DNA of 64,000 nucleotides from an uncultured Chloroflexia bacterium (GTDB lineage Bacteria; Chloroflexota; Limnocylindria; Limnocylindrales; CSP1-4): NCBI GenBank assembly GCA_963767945.1, contig CAVYGH010000013.1, positions 70,078 to 134,077 of the forward strand, read 5' to 3'. Shown piece by piece: positions 55,538 to 64,000 of this stretch (position 1 is its first letter; each line of letters starts with the position of its first letter). The notes under the pieces were generated by a model. It saw only the letters and a program-made list of their open reading frames with translations, ran no database searches and was not told where the DNA came from. The position numbers and the translations under genes were made by a program.

Positions 55538-56635
55538 TCAGGCAGGCCGATCGGCGGACCGGGTCGGTCGTCCCTTCGGGCTGTCGCCGTCGAGCGCGGG
55601 CGCGACGTCGACCGGCGCGGGCCCGGTCGACTCCCGCTCGATGAGGGTCATCGCCAGGCGGATCGTCTGGGTCGGCTCGCCATGCTCCGGGTTGTCGATC
55701 CGCGTGGCGAGGTGCTCGACGGCGAGGCGCCCCATCTCGGCCTTCTCCTGCGCCACCGTCGTCAGGGTGGGGGAGACCCAGGACGCGGCCGCGATGTCGT
55801 CGCAGCCGATGACGCTGATCTCGCCCGGGACCGCCTTGCCGGCCGTCCGCAGCGCGTGCAGCACGCCGATCGCCGTGACGTCGTTGTAGCACGCGATCGC
55901 GGTGACGTCGGCGTGCGCGGCCAGCAGCGTCCCGGCCGCGGTCACCCCGCCCTCGTACAGGCCGTCGCCGTCGACGATCGGCGTGGACCCGGGATCGAGC
56001 CCGGCCTCGGCGCACGCCCGCCGGAACCCCTCGACCCGGGCCGCGGCGGCCGTGTACGTCGGCGACCCCTGGACGTAGGCGATCCGTCGATGGCCGAGGC
56101 CGATCAGGTACCGGATCGCGAGCTCGGTGCCCCCGACGTTGTCCCCCGTGATGACCGGCACCGGCAGCCCCGCGGGCTCGGCGTTCACCACCACGACCGG
56201 AACCGGGGACCGGAGCAGCCACTGCCGGCTCGCCTGCGAGACCTGGCTCGACGCGATGATCATCCCGTCGACGCGGTGGTCGACCATCAGGTCGAGGTAG
56301 TGCATCGCCCGGTGCTCGTCGTAGGCCGCGCTCCCGAGCAGGATGGAGTAGCCGAGCGCGCGGGCGGCGACGTCGGCGGCCTGGACGAGCTCGGGAAAGA
56401 ACGGGTTCTGGATGTCGGTGACGATGAGCCCGAGCGTCCGGGTGCGCCGCATGCGCAGCGATCGGGCCACGCCGGACGGGCGGTAGGCCAGCTCGTCGAC
56501 GGCGGCCATGACCGCCGAGGCGGTCTCGGCCTTCGGGTTGCCGATTCCCGCGAGCACGCGGCTGACGGTCGCGGTCGAGACGCCCGCCCGCACGGCGACG
56601 TCGCGGATCGTGACGGGACCCGGCCGGACCGTCAT
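55538..56635 (-). CDS. LacI-family transcriptional regulator (probable iol cluster repressor)
   Basis: HTH VTIRDVAVRAGVSTATVSRVL plus a periplasmic-binding-protein-like effector domain. Divergent from iolD. Confidence 0.8.
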   Translation of the reverse strand: MTVRPGPVTIRDVAVRAGVSTATVSRVLAGIGNPKAETASAVMAAVDELAYRPSGVARSLRMRRTRTLGLIVTDIQNPFFPELVQAADVAARALGYSILLGSAAYDEHRAMHYLDLMVDHRVDGMIIASSQVSQASRQWLLRSPVPVVVVNAEPAGLPVPVITGDNVGGTELAIRYLIGLGHRRIAYVQGSPTYTAAAARVEGFRRACAEAGLDPGSTPIVDGDGLYEGGVTAAGTLLAAHADVTAIACYNDVTAIGVLHALRTAGKAVPGEISVIGCDDIAAASWVSPTLTTVAQEKAEMGRLAVEHLATRIDNPEHGEPTQTIRLAMTLIERESTGPAPVDVAPALDGDSPKGRPTRSADRPA

Positions 56636-56695
56636 CGGGGTTCGTTGCCTCCGGATCGGGCGGTCGCCGGCACCTGACGGCGGGCCGGCGAACTC

Positions 56696-56711
56696 GGGTA
56701 ATCGATTTCTC
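56696..56711. promoter_or_regulatory. candidate LacI-type operator in the lacI-like/iolD divergent region
   Basis: GGGTAATCGATTTCT with core AATCGATT at 56700-56707. Confidence 0.45.
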
Positions 56712-56788
56712 AGGCTAGCCGAGCGATCATGGCGGCGTCAAGGTGCGACCATGGACCGGACGGGCGTCCGGGAGATGAGGTGCGAGCA

Positions 56789-58687
56789 GTGGGCACGGTT
56801 CGGCTGACGGTCGGGCAGGCGATCGTCCGCTTCCTGGCGGAGCAGTACGTCGAGCGCGACGGGGAGCAGCAGCGCTTCATCGCCGGCGTGTGGGGCATCT
56901 TCGGCCACGGCAACGTCGCGGGCCTCGGCCAGGCGCTCGAGGAGCTGGGCGACGAGTGCGACATGCCCTACTACCGGCCGCAGAACGAGCAGGGGCAGGT
57001 CCACATCTCCACCGCCTTCGCGAAGCACAAGAACCGGCTCCAGGCGTTCGCCTGCACGGCGTCGATCGGCCCGGGCTCGACGAACATGGTCACCGGCGCC
57101 GCGACCGCGACCGTCAACCGCATCCCGGTCCTGCTGTTCCCCAGCGACTACTTCGCCAACCGCCTGGTCGATCCGGTCCTCCAGCAGGTCGAGCACCCCG
57201 TCGAGCGCGACGTCAGCGCGAGCGACGCGTTCCGCCCGGTCTCGCGGTACTTCGACCGGATCAGCCGCCCGGAGCAGCTGCTCTCGAGCCTTCCCGAGGC
57301 CTTCCGCGTGCTGACCGATCCGGCCGAGACCGGCGCCGTGACGGTCAGCCTGCCCGAGGACGTCCAGGCCGAGGCGTTCGACTGGCCCGTCGAGTTCCTC
57401 GAGCGGCGCGTGTGGCGGATCCGCCGGCCGGTGCCCGAGCGCGAGGTCGTCGACCGGGCCGTGGAGCAGATCCGGCAGGCGGCGCGCCCGCTCGTCGTCT
57501 GCGGCGGCGGGGTGATCTACGCCGACGCGACGGACGCGCTCGACCGGTTCGCGACCCGGTTCGGGATCCCCGTCGCCGAGAGCCAGGCCGGCAAGGGCGC
57601 CCTGCCCTGGAACCACCCGATGAACGCCGGGCCCATCGGCGCGGCCGGCGGGCTGGCCGCGAACCGCCTGGCGAGGGACGCCGACCTCGTGATCGCGATC
57701 GGCACCCGGCTCGGCGACTTCGTCACCGCCTCGAAGACCGCGTTCCAGGACCCCGACGTCGCGTTCATCGGGATCAACGTCGGCGGCATGGACGCCGCCA
57801 AGCTGCGGGCCCTGCCGATGGTCGCGGACGCCCGCGAGGCCCTCGACGCGCTGAGTGCCGCCCTCGAGGCCGCCGGCTGGGCGGGCACGACCCCGGCCTA
57901 CCGGGAGCGGATCGCCGCGGAGAAGGCCGCCTGGGACGCGGAGGTCGATCGCCATCGCGCGGGCACCGGCGGCACGGGCGACGCCGACGGGATCCTCGCC
58001 CAGCCCGAGATCATCGGCATCGTCAACGACGCCGTGGGCGGGCACGCCACGGTGATCTGCGCGGCGGGCAGCCTGCCGGGCGACCTGCTGAAGCTGTGGC
58101 GGCCCGAGGACCCGAAGGCCTACCACCTCGAGTACGGCTACTCGTGCATGGGCTACGAGATCGCGGCCGGGCTCGGCGTCCAGCTCGCCGACCGCGACCG
58201 CCACGTGGTGGTCATGGTCGGGGACGGCTCGTACCTGATGCTGAACTCCGAGATCGTCACGGCGGTCGCCGAGGGGCTGCCGTTCACCGTGGTCGTGCTC
58301 GACAACCACGGCTACCAGTGCATCCTCGATCTCGCCCGCGACCGCGGGGTCCGCGACTTCGGCAACGAGCTGCGGTTCCGCGATCCCGCCCGCAACCGGC
58401 TCACGGGCGCCTACATCCCGATCGACTTCCGGCAGCACGCCGCGTCGATGGGCGCGATCGCCGTGGACGCGCGCACGCCGGACGAGATCCGCGCCGCGCT
58501 GGCCGGGGCTCGCGGCCGCGACCGGCCCACGGTCGTCGTCGTGCCCACGTCGCCCGCGGGGCGCGTGCCGGGCATGGAGGGCTGGTGGGACGTGCCCGTG
58601 GCCGAGGTGAGCGGCCAGGACAACGTCCACGAGGCGCGCGACCGGTACGAGCGCGGCCTCGCGCTCCAGCGCCGCGAGCTGCTGTGA
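56789..58687 (+). CDS. iolD: 3D-(3,5/4)-trihydroxycyclohexane-1,2-dione acylhydrolase (ThDP enzyme)
   Basis: N-terminus VRLTVGQAIVRFLAEQYVERDGEQQRFIAGVWGIFGHGNV and ThDP motif GDGSYLMLNSE. GTG at 56789 after GAGG; the ORF track starts at 56729. Confidence 0.8.
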   Translation: MGTVRLTVGQAIVRFLAEQYVERDGEQQRFIAGVWGIFGHGNVAGLGQALEELGDECDMPYYRPQNEQGQVHISTAFAKHKNRLQAFACTASIGPGSTNMVTGAATATVNRIPVLLFPSDYFANRLVDPVLQQVEHPVERDVSASDAFRPVSRYFDRISRPEQLLSSLPEAFRVLTDPAETGAVTVSLPEDVQAEAFDWPVEFLERRVWRIRRPVPEREVVDRAVEQIRQAARPLVVCGGGVIYADATDALDRFATRFGIPVAESQAGKGALPWNHPMNAGPIGAAGGLAANRLARDADLVIAIGTRLGDFVTASKTAFQDPDVAFIGINVGGMDAAKLRALPMVADAREALDALSAALEAAGWAGTTPAYRERIAAEKAAWDAEVDRHRAGTGGTGDADGILAQPEIIGIVNDAVGGHATVICAAGSLPGDLLKLWRPEDPKAYHLEYGYSCMGYEIAAGLGVQLADRDRHVVVMVGDGSYLMLNSEIVTAVAEGLPFTVVVLDNHGYQCILDLARDRGVRDFGNELRFRDPARNRLTGAYIPIDFRQHAASMGAIAVDARTPDEIRAALAGARGRDRPTVVVVPTSPAGRVPGMEGWWDVPVAEVSGQDNVHEARDRYERGLALQRRELL

Positions 58688-59718
58688 CCTTCGCGCCGAG
58701 GGACCCGGCGGCGATCGGCGTCGCCGTCCTCGGCGCCGGACGCATGGGCCTGACCCACGTCCGCAACCTCGCGGCCATCCCCAACGCCCGCGTGCAGGTG
58801 GTCGCGGACCCGGACGCCCAGGCGGCGGCGACGGGCCGCGACCTCGCCCGCGCGGGCCGCGCGTCGACGGACCCGCTCGACGCGATCCACGACCCGGCGG
58901 TCGAGGCGGTCGTGATCGTCACGCCGACCAGCACCCACGCCGCGCTGATCGAGGCGGCGCTGCGGGCCGGCAAGGCGGTCTGGAGCGAGAAGCCGATCGC
59001 CCAGGACCTCGGCCAGACCGCCCGGATCGTCGACCTGTGGCGCGAGACCGGGATCCCCGTCCAGCTCGGGTTCATGCGCCGCTTCGACCCCGGCTACGAG
59101 CGCGCCAAGGGGCTGATCGAGGCGGGCGAGCTGGGCCGGATCGAGCAGTTCCGCGCCGCCTCCCGCGACACCTATCCGCCGCCGCTCGAGTTCCTGCAGA
59201 CGGCCGGCGGCTCGTTCCTCGACATGGCCGTCCACGACCTCGACCTGGCCCGGTTCCTGGTGGGGGAGGTGGCGGAGGTCCACGCCTGGGCCGACGTCCT
59301 GTTCGACGACCGCTTCGCGCAGGCCGACGACTTCGACACGGCGGTCACGATGCTCCGGTTCCGCAACGGCGCCCTGGGCGTCGTCGAGACGGCCCGCCAC
59401 TCCGCCTGGGGCTACGACATCCGGACCGAGGTGTCGGGGGCCGTGGGCAAGGTGGTCGTCGACGGCGGGCAGAAGACGCCCGCGACGCACCTCCGGCGGT
59501 TCGGCTCCGAGGGCGACCTGTACGAGAGCTTTCCCGACCGGTTCGAGGTCGCCTATCGGCGCGAGCTCGAGGCGTTCTTCGCGGACCTCGCCGCGGGGCG
59601 GACCCCGGCGCCCGGGCCGGACGACGCGCTCGAGACCCTGCGCCTCGCCGTCGCCGTGACGCGCAGCTGGCGCGAGGGCCGGCCGGTCCGGGTCGACGAG
59701 GTGACGGACGGTCCGTAG
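58684..59718 (+). CDS. iolG: myo-inositol 2-dehydrogenase-like Gfo/Idh/MocA oxidoreductase
   Basis: GTGA overlap with the iolD stop. Motifs IGVAVLGAGRMG and SEKPIA. Seen only as the tail of a long spurious ORF in the track. Confidence 0.6.
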   Translation: MTFAPRDPAAIGVAVLGAGRMGLTHVRNLAAIPNARVQVVADPDAQAAATGRDLARAGRASTDPLDAIHDPAVEAVVIVTPTSTHAALIEAALRAGKAVWSEKPIAQDLGQTARIVDLWRETGIPVQLGFMRRFDPGYERAKGLIEAGELGRIEQFRAASRDTYPPPLEFLQTAGGSFLDMAVHDLDLARFLVGEVAEVHAWADVLFDDRFAQADDFDTAVTMLRFRNGALGVVETARHSAWGYDIRTEVSGAVGKVVVDGGQKTPATHLRRFGSEGDLYESFPDRFEVAYRRELEAFFADLAAGRTPAPGPDDALETLRLAVAVTRSWREGRPVRVDEVTDGP

Positions 59719-59764
59719 CGGCCTGCCGGTGGCGGTCGGGATGCGGTCCGGTTGCGAAAGAGGG

Positions 59765-59794
59765 TTGACGGCAGCAGACCCATTCGGCTAGCGT
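59765..59794 (+). promoter_or_regulatory. candidate promoter of the sugar ABC transporter operon
   Basis: -35 TTGACG (59765-59770), 18-nt spacer, -10 TAGCGT (59789-59794). Same -35 hexamer and spacing as the iolB candidate promoter. Confidence 0.35.
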
Positions 59795-59826
59795 CAGCAA
59801 TCGATTACGTGACGGTAATCGTTTCC
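59795..59826. promoter_or_regulatory. candidate LacI-type operators upstream of the binding-protein gene
   Basis: CAGCAATCGATTACG (core 59799-59806) and GGTAATCGTTTCC (59817-59824). Confidence 0.45.
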
Positions 59827-59910
59827 GCGGGAGACGGGCGTTGCGACGCCCCGCGGCCAGGGATCGACCGCGTGATCGAGTGCTCACCGCGGTCGGAGGA
59901 GAGTGCACAC

Positions 59911-60959
59911 ATGGGACTCAACGGCGTAGCCCGTCTTTCGGGCATGGTGCTGGTCGGAGCCATGGTCGTCTCGGCCTGCTCGAACTCCGGCGGCGCGACG
60001 GCGGCGCCCGCATCCGCGGCACCGCCCGCGTCAGCGGCCTGGCGCCAGCGTCGGCGCCCGCCTCGGCGCCCGCATCCGAGGGCGCGCCCGCGTCGGCCGC
60101 CGCCGGCGACATCACGCTCGGCGTCGCGTTCCCGAACAGCGACACGTTCCTGAGCCGGGTCCAGAACGCCATCACGGAAGAGGCGGCCGCCAAGGGCGCC
60201 ACCGCCACGATCACCGACGCCAAGGACGACACCGCGACCCAGCTGTCGCAGGTCGAGAACTTCGTCTCGCAGGGCGTCTCGGCGATCATCGTCGTCCCGG
60301 TCGACACCAGCGCCGCGCAGCCGATGGCGGACGCCGCCAAGGCCGCGAACATCCCGATCGTGTTCGTCAACCGCAACCCGGCGATCGCCGACGTGCCGTA
60401 TGTCGGCTCCGACTCCCTCTTCGCGGGCACCGTGGAGATGGAGGAGCTCGCCAAGCTCGCCGGCGGCAAGGGCGACGTCGTCATCCTCCAGGGCCAGGTC
60501 ACCAACGAGGCCGCCGTGCTCCGCACCCAGGGCTGCAACGACGTCGTCGGCAAGAACCCCGACATGAAGGTCGTCGCCACCCAGGCCGGTGACTGGGACC
60601 GCGCCAAGGGCCAGTCCATCACCGAGAACTGGATCCAGTCCGGTCTCCTCAAGGCCGGCATGGTCGTCTGCGCGAACAACGACGAGATGGCACTCGGTGC
60701 GATCAACGCCCTGAAGGCCGGCGACCTGCTCGATACGGTCTTCGTGGGCGGCGTCGACGCCACCTCCGAGGCCCTCGCCGCCATGCAGGCGGGCGATCTC
60801 GAGGTCACCGTGTTCCAGGACGCCGAGGGGCAGGGCAAGGGCGGCGTCGACGCGGCCATCGACCTCGTCAACGGCCAGACCATCCCCAACAACCTCGTCG
60901 ACATCCCCTACGTGCTCGTCACCCCGGCGAACATGCAGCAATACCTCGGCGCCAACTAG
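59911..60959 (+). CDS. ABC sugar (ribose/inositol-type) substrate-binding lipoprotein; one missing base at ~60039 as assembled
   Basis: GGAGGAGAG lies before the ATG at 59911. Lipobox is MVVSAC. The junction is in an Ala/Pro/Ser linker (...PPASAA / LAPASAPASAPAS...). The PBP type I body is VGVAFPNSDTFLSRV... Confidence 0.8.
60042..60077 (+). repeat. three imperfect 12-nt tandem repeats encoding (APAS)3 in the lipoprotein linker
   Basis: gcgccagcgtcg / gcgcccgcctcg / gcgcccgcatcc. Confidence 0.7.
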
Positions 60960-61007
60960 ACGCGCCGGCCGGCACCGCCGGTCGAGCGGCTGTAAGTCGA
61001 GTGGTAC

Positions 61008-61041
61008 GGTTCGGAGGCCCGGTTCGCTGGGCCTCCGAACC
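61008..61041 (+). terminator. strong hairpin between the binding-protein and ATPase genes (terminator/attenuator)
   Basis: Perfect 13-bp stem GGTTCGGAGGCCC / GGGCCTCCGAACC with an 8-nt loop, followed by TCGTATTCG. Confidence 0.55.
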
Positions 61042-61103
61042 TCGTATTCGGACCATGTCACCCCCTCGTTCCGACGACCGCGCACGGGTCGTCCGGGAGC
61101 ACC

Positions 61104-62618
61104 GTGAGGCAGGAGATGGGTGAGGACGTTCTCCTCCGGATGACGGGAATCTCCAAGTCGTTCCCCGGGGTGCAGGCGCTCGACGACGTCCACCTCGAGG
61201 TCGGGGCCGGCACCGTCCACGCGCTGATGGGCGAGAACGGCGCCGGCAAGTCGACGCTGATGAAGGTGCTGGCGGGGATCTACCGCGCCGACTCGGGCAC
61301 GATCGAGCTGGCCGGCGAGGAGGTGCAGATCCCGGACAGCGCGACCGCGCTCAAGCTCGGGATCGCGATGATCCACCAGGAGCTGTCGGCGGTCCCCGAG
61401 ATGCTGGTCGCGGAGAACGTGTACCTCGGGCGCGAGCCCCTGAACCGCTTCAAGCTGGTCGACAAGAAGCTGATGGTCGCCGACGCCCGGGCGGTCTTCG
61501 CCAAGTGGCAGATCGACGTCGATCCGCGACGGGTGATGAAGACCCTCAGCGTGGCGCAGATGCAGATGGTGGAGATCGCCAAGGCCATCTCCACCGATGC
61601 CCGCCTGATCATCATGGACGAGCCCACCTCGGCCATCACCGAGCGCGAGGTGGACCACCTCCACCGGATGATCCGCTCGCTGCGCGAGAGCGGCGTCGCG
61701 GTGATCTACATCACCCACAAGATGGACGAGGTGTTCCGGATCGCGGACAAGGTCACCGTGTTCCGGGACGGCAAGCACGTCGCCACGCTGCCGGCGTCCG
61801 AGCTCGACCGCCAGAAGCTGATCACGCTGATGGTGGGTCGCGAGCTGACCCACCTGTTCCCCAAGGAGCACGCCGAGATCGGCGAGGTGGTCCTGTCCGT
61901 CCGCGGACTCAGCCGCCGGGGCGTGATCGAGGACATCAGCTTCGACCTGCACAGGGGCGAGATCCTGGGCCTGGCGGGCCTGATGGGCGCCGGCCGGACC
62001 GAGGTCCTCGAGGCGATCTTCGGCGTGACCAGGATCGACGCCGGCGAGATCGTGATCAAGGGCAAGAAGGTCCGGATCAAGTCGCCGGGCGGTGCGATCT
62101 CCGCCGGGATGGGCCTGCTCACCGAGGACCGCAAGCTGTCCGGGATCATGGGCGTCCTCTCGGTCCGCGACAACATGACGATCGCGAACCTGCAGCGCTT
62201 CAGCCCCGGCGGGATCCTCCACAAGCGCGAGATGGAGCGGGCCTGCCACTTCCAGCGCCAGGCGCTCGCGATCAAGACGCCGTCGCTCTCGCAGCGGATC
62301 CTCAACCTGTCGGGCGGAAACCAGCAGAAGGTGCTCGTGTCGCGCTGGCTGATGACGCTGCCCGACATCCTGATGATCGATGAGCCCACGCGCGGCATCG
62401 ACGTCGGCGCCAAGTCGGAGATCCACCGGCTCATGTCCGGCCTCGCGAAGGAGGGCAAGGCGATCCTGATGGTCTCGTCCGAGATGCCCGAGATCCTCGG
62501 CATGAGCGACCGCGTCCTCGTGATGGCGGGTGGTCGCCTGACGGGCGAGTTCAGCCGCGCCGAGGTCACGCAGGAGAAGGTCCTCGAAGCGGCGACGCTC
62601 GTCGCGCCGGCGGCCTGA
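61104..62618 (+). CDS. ABC sugar transporter ATP-binding protein (two fused ATPase domains)
   Basis: Walker [10 protein letters not shown], signature LSGGNQQK and a second half-domain. Intact, 504 aa. Confidence 0.9.
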   Translation: MRQEMGEDVLLRMTGISKSFPGVQALDDVHLEVGAGTVHALMGENGAGKSTLMKVLAGIYRADSGTIELAGEEVQIPDSATALKLGIAMIHQELSAVPEMLVAENVYLGREPLNRFKLVDKKLMVADARAVFAKWQIDVDPRRVMKTLSVAQMQMVEIAKAISTDARLIIMDEPTSAITEREVDHLHRMIRSLRESGVAVIYITHKMDEVFRIADKVTVFRDGKHVATLPASELDRQKLITLMVGRELTHLFPKEHAEIGEVVLSVRGLSRRGVIEDISFDLHRGEILGLAGLMGAGRTEVLEAIFGVTRIDAGEIVIKGKKVRIKSPGGAISAGMGLLTEDRKLSGIMGVLSVRDNMTIANLQRFSPGGILHKREMERACHFQRQALAIKTPSLSQRILNLSGGNQQKVLVSRWLMTLPDILMIDEPTRGIDVGAKSEIHRLMSGLAKEGKAILMVSSEMPEILGMSDRVLVMAGGRLTGEFSRAEVTQEKVLEAATLVAPAA

Positions 62619-62633
62619 GGCAGGGAGCGACCG

Positions 62634-63641
62634 ATGACTGCAGCGGCCCCGACCGCCGACGGCCTCCTCACCCGGGAGCGCATGGGCGCGTTCCTGCGGA
62701 AGTACCTGATCGTCTTCATCTTCCTCGGGATGTGCGTCCTGCTCGCGGTCTTCTCGCCCAACAACTCGTTCCTGAAGCCGCAGAACCTGATCAACGTCGT
62801 CCGCCAGATCTCCGTCATCGGCCTCCTGGCGCTCGGCGTGATGGTGTGCATCATCGCCCTGGGGATCGACCTCTCCCTGGGCTCGGTCCTGGGCCTGTCG
62901 GCGGTCGTGACCGCGAGCCTCGTCCAGCAGATCGGCTGGAAGGAAGCCCTCTATCCGGGCTTCAACACCCCGGCCGTCGTCGCCCTCCTGGCCGGCCTCG
63001 CCGTCGGCATCGCCGCCGGCGCCGTCAACGGCAGCCTGATCGCGGTCTTCCGGATCCCACCGTTCATCGCGACCCTGGGCATGCTGACCATCGCCCGGGG
63101 CCTGGCGTACATCTACTCCAACGGGCGGCCGGTCAGCACCCTGACCCCGGAGTTCCTGTTCATCGGCGGCGGCGCCCTGCTGGGCGTCCCGTTCCCGATC
63201 ATCGTCTTCGGCGTCGTCATCCTGCTGACGCACCTGATGCTCAACAACACGCGGTTCGGGCGCCAGGTCTACGCGATCGGCGGCAACGAGACCGCGGCCC
63301 GCGTCTCGGGCGTGAACATCGGCCGGACGAAGATCCTGATCTACACGTTCTCGGGCCTGATGGCGGGCCTCGGCGGCGTGGTGCTCACGGCCCGCGTGCA
63401 GTCGGCGACGCCCGCGCTGGGCATCGGCTACGAGCTCGACGCCATCGCCGCCGCCGTCATCGGCGGCACCAGCTTCGCCGGCGGCATCGGCACCGTGTGG
63501 GGCACCGTGGTCGGCGCGCTGATCATCGGCGTGATGAACAACGGCCTCGACCTCCTGAACGTCTCGCCGTTCTACCAGCAGGTCGTCAAGGGCGTGATCA
63601 TCATCGTCGCGATCATCATCGACGAGAGGAAGAACCGCTGA
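62634..63641 (+). CDS. ABC sugar transporter permease (RbsC-like)
   Basis: GGGAG lies before the ATG at 62634. About 9-10 TM segments. Intact. Confidence 0.85.
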   Translation: MTAAAPTADGLLTRERMGAFLRKYLIVFIFLGMCVLLAVFSPNNSFLKPQNLINVVRQISVIGLLALGVMVCIIALGIDLSLGSVLGLSAVVTASLVQQIGWKEALYPGFNTPAVVALLAGLAVGIAAGAVNGSLIAVFRIPPFIATLGMLTIARGLAYIYSNGRPVSTLTPEFLFIGGGALLGVPFPIIVFGVVILLTHLMLNNTRFGRQVYAIGGNETAARVSGVNIGRTKILIYTFSGLMAGLGGVVLTARVQSATPALGIGYELDAIAAAVIGGTSFAGGIGTVWGTVVGALIIGVMNNGLDLLNVSPFYQQVVKGVIIIVAIIIDERKNR

Positions 63642-64000
63642 TGCCGGACAGCGCCGGGTACCCGCAGCTGCACCTCGGGACCGCCCCCGACTCGTGGGGC
63701 GTGTGGAACCCGGGCCTGGACCCGCTCCAGACGCCGTGGACGCGCTACCTCGACGAGGCGAAGGCCGCGGGCTACGCGTACAGCGAGCTCGGACCGTACG
63801 GCTACCTGCCGACCGACCCCGGCGTCGTCCGCGAGGAGTACGCGAAGCGCGGTCTCACGCTGACGGGCGGGACGGTGGTCGTCGCCCTCCACAAGGGCAG
63901 GGACGCGCTGGCCCAGGCGAAGGCCGACTGTGACGCGGAGATGGCCACGATCGGCCCGCTCGGTGCGCGCCACCTCGTGATCCTGCCCGACGGGCTACAC
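63641..64000 (+). CDS. iolE: sugar-phosphate isomerase/epimerase (xylose isomerase-like TIM barrel), probably inosose dehydratase; 5' 120 codons only
   Basis: The ATG at 63641 overlaps the permease stop (TGATG). Translation [24 protein letters not shown]...YLDEAKAAGYAYSELGPYGYLPTDP resembles IolE N-termini. The gene runs off the right edge, so it is absent from the ORF track. Confidence 0.5.
   Translation, partial: MPDSAGYPQLHLGTAPDSWGVWNPGLDPLQTPWTRYLDEAKAAGYAYSELGPYGYLPTDPGVVREEYAKRGLTLTGGTVVVALHKGRDALAQAKADCDAEMATIGPLGARHLVILPDGLH

Noticed and set aside
59805-63233. 1142-aa minus-strand ORF, and similar long ORFs such as 24012..26897, 33086..36304, 4561..7218, 7740..9368, 11651..13783, 17621..19000, 18873..20612 and 38254..40179
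   Set aside because: They lie antisense or out of frame to genes with clear family motifs. Their translations are dominated by Arg, Pro, Gly, Asp and Glu, and codon position 3 is not GC-enriched. These are typical open-frame artefacts of very GC-rich DNA.
1-64000. tRNA, rRNA, transposase/integrase genes or a low-GC island
   Set aside because: The longest non-coding gaps are about 150-225 bp. I inspected them by eye without finding cloverleaf-like tRNA structure, and no ORF shows transposase or integrase motifs. This is not a substitute for tRNAscan or Rfam searches.

Overview
The window is 64 kb, very GC-rich (about 70% or more by eye, with a strong G/C preference at codon position 3) and gene-dense. 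It looks like an actinobacterial-type chromosome; that taxon guess is inference only. I read about 52 protein-coding genes and saw no rRNA, tRNA, CRISPR array, transposase or integrase.

Content from left to right:
- (i) 1-9.3 kb: one end of a contractile injection system (CIS; phage-tail-like, Afp/PVC/Streptomyces-CIS type). One arm carries sheath, tube, two small assembly-slot ORFs, a low-complexity tape-measure-position gene and a second tube paralogue cut by the left edge. The divergent arm carries a DUF4255 terminator, an AAA+ ATPase and a DUF4157 metallopeptidase-like cargo candidate, followed by a LuxR-type regulator.
- (ii) 9.5-17.6 kb: a tight five-gene operon of membrane-anchored or exported proteins with no assignable pathway. 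It sits directly beside the CIS and is my best candidate for something undescribed.
- (iii) 17.7-52 kb: housekeeping and regulatory genes. These are ndh, a MocR regulator, a Zn-ADH, ppc, two two-component systems, S8 and M14 peptidases, amtB-gltB, a cation/proton antiporter, an ECF sigma/anti-sigma pair and a MerR-vWA pair.
- (iv) 52.3-64 kb: a myo-inositol catabolism and ABC-transport cluster whose promoters share an AATCGATT operator-like motif.

The dominant technical observation is at least 21 single-base frame disruptions, 18 of which behave as one extra base, often in or beside G/C runs. They hit CIS genes as well as gltB, amtB, ndh and others, and seven fall within 620 bp of one gene. 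They are most likely assembly consensus errors, but this must be checked before any claim about function.

Many long Arg/Pro/Gly-rich ORFs in the supplied track are alternative-frame artefacts of high GC. Several real ORFs are missing from the track because they are short or run off the window edge. All calls were made by eye. Frame-change positions are good to about +/-10 nt, and family names and numbers are from memory.
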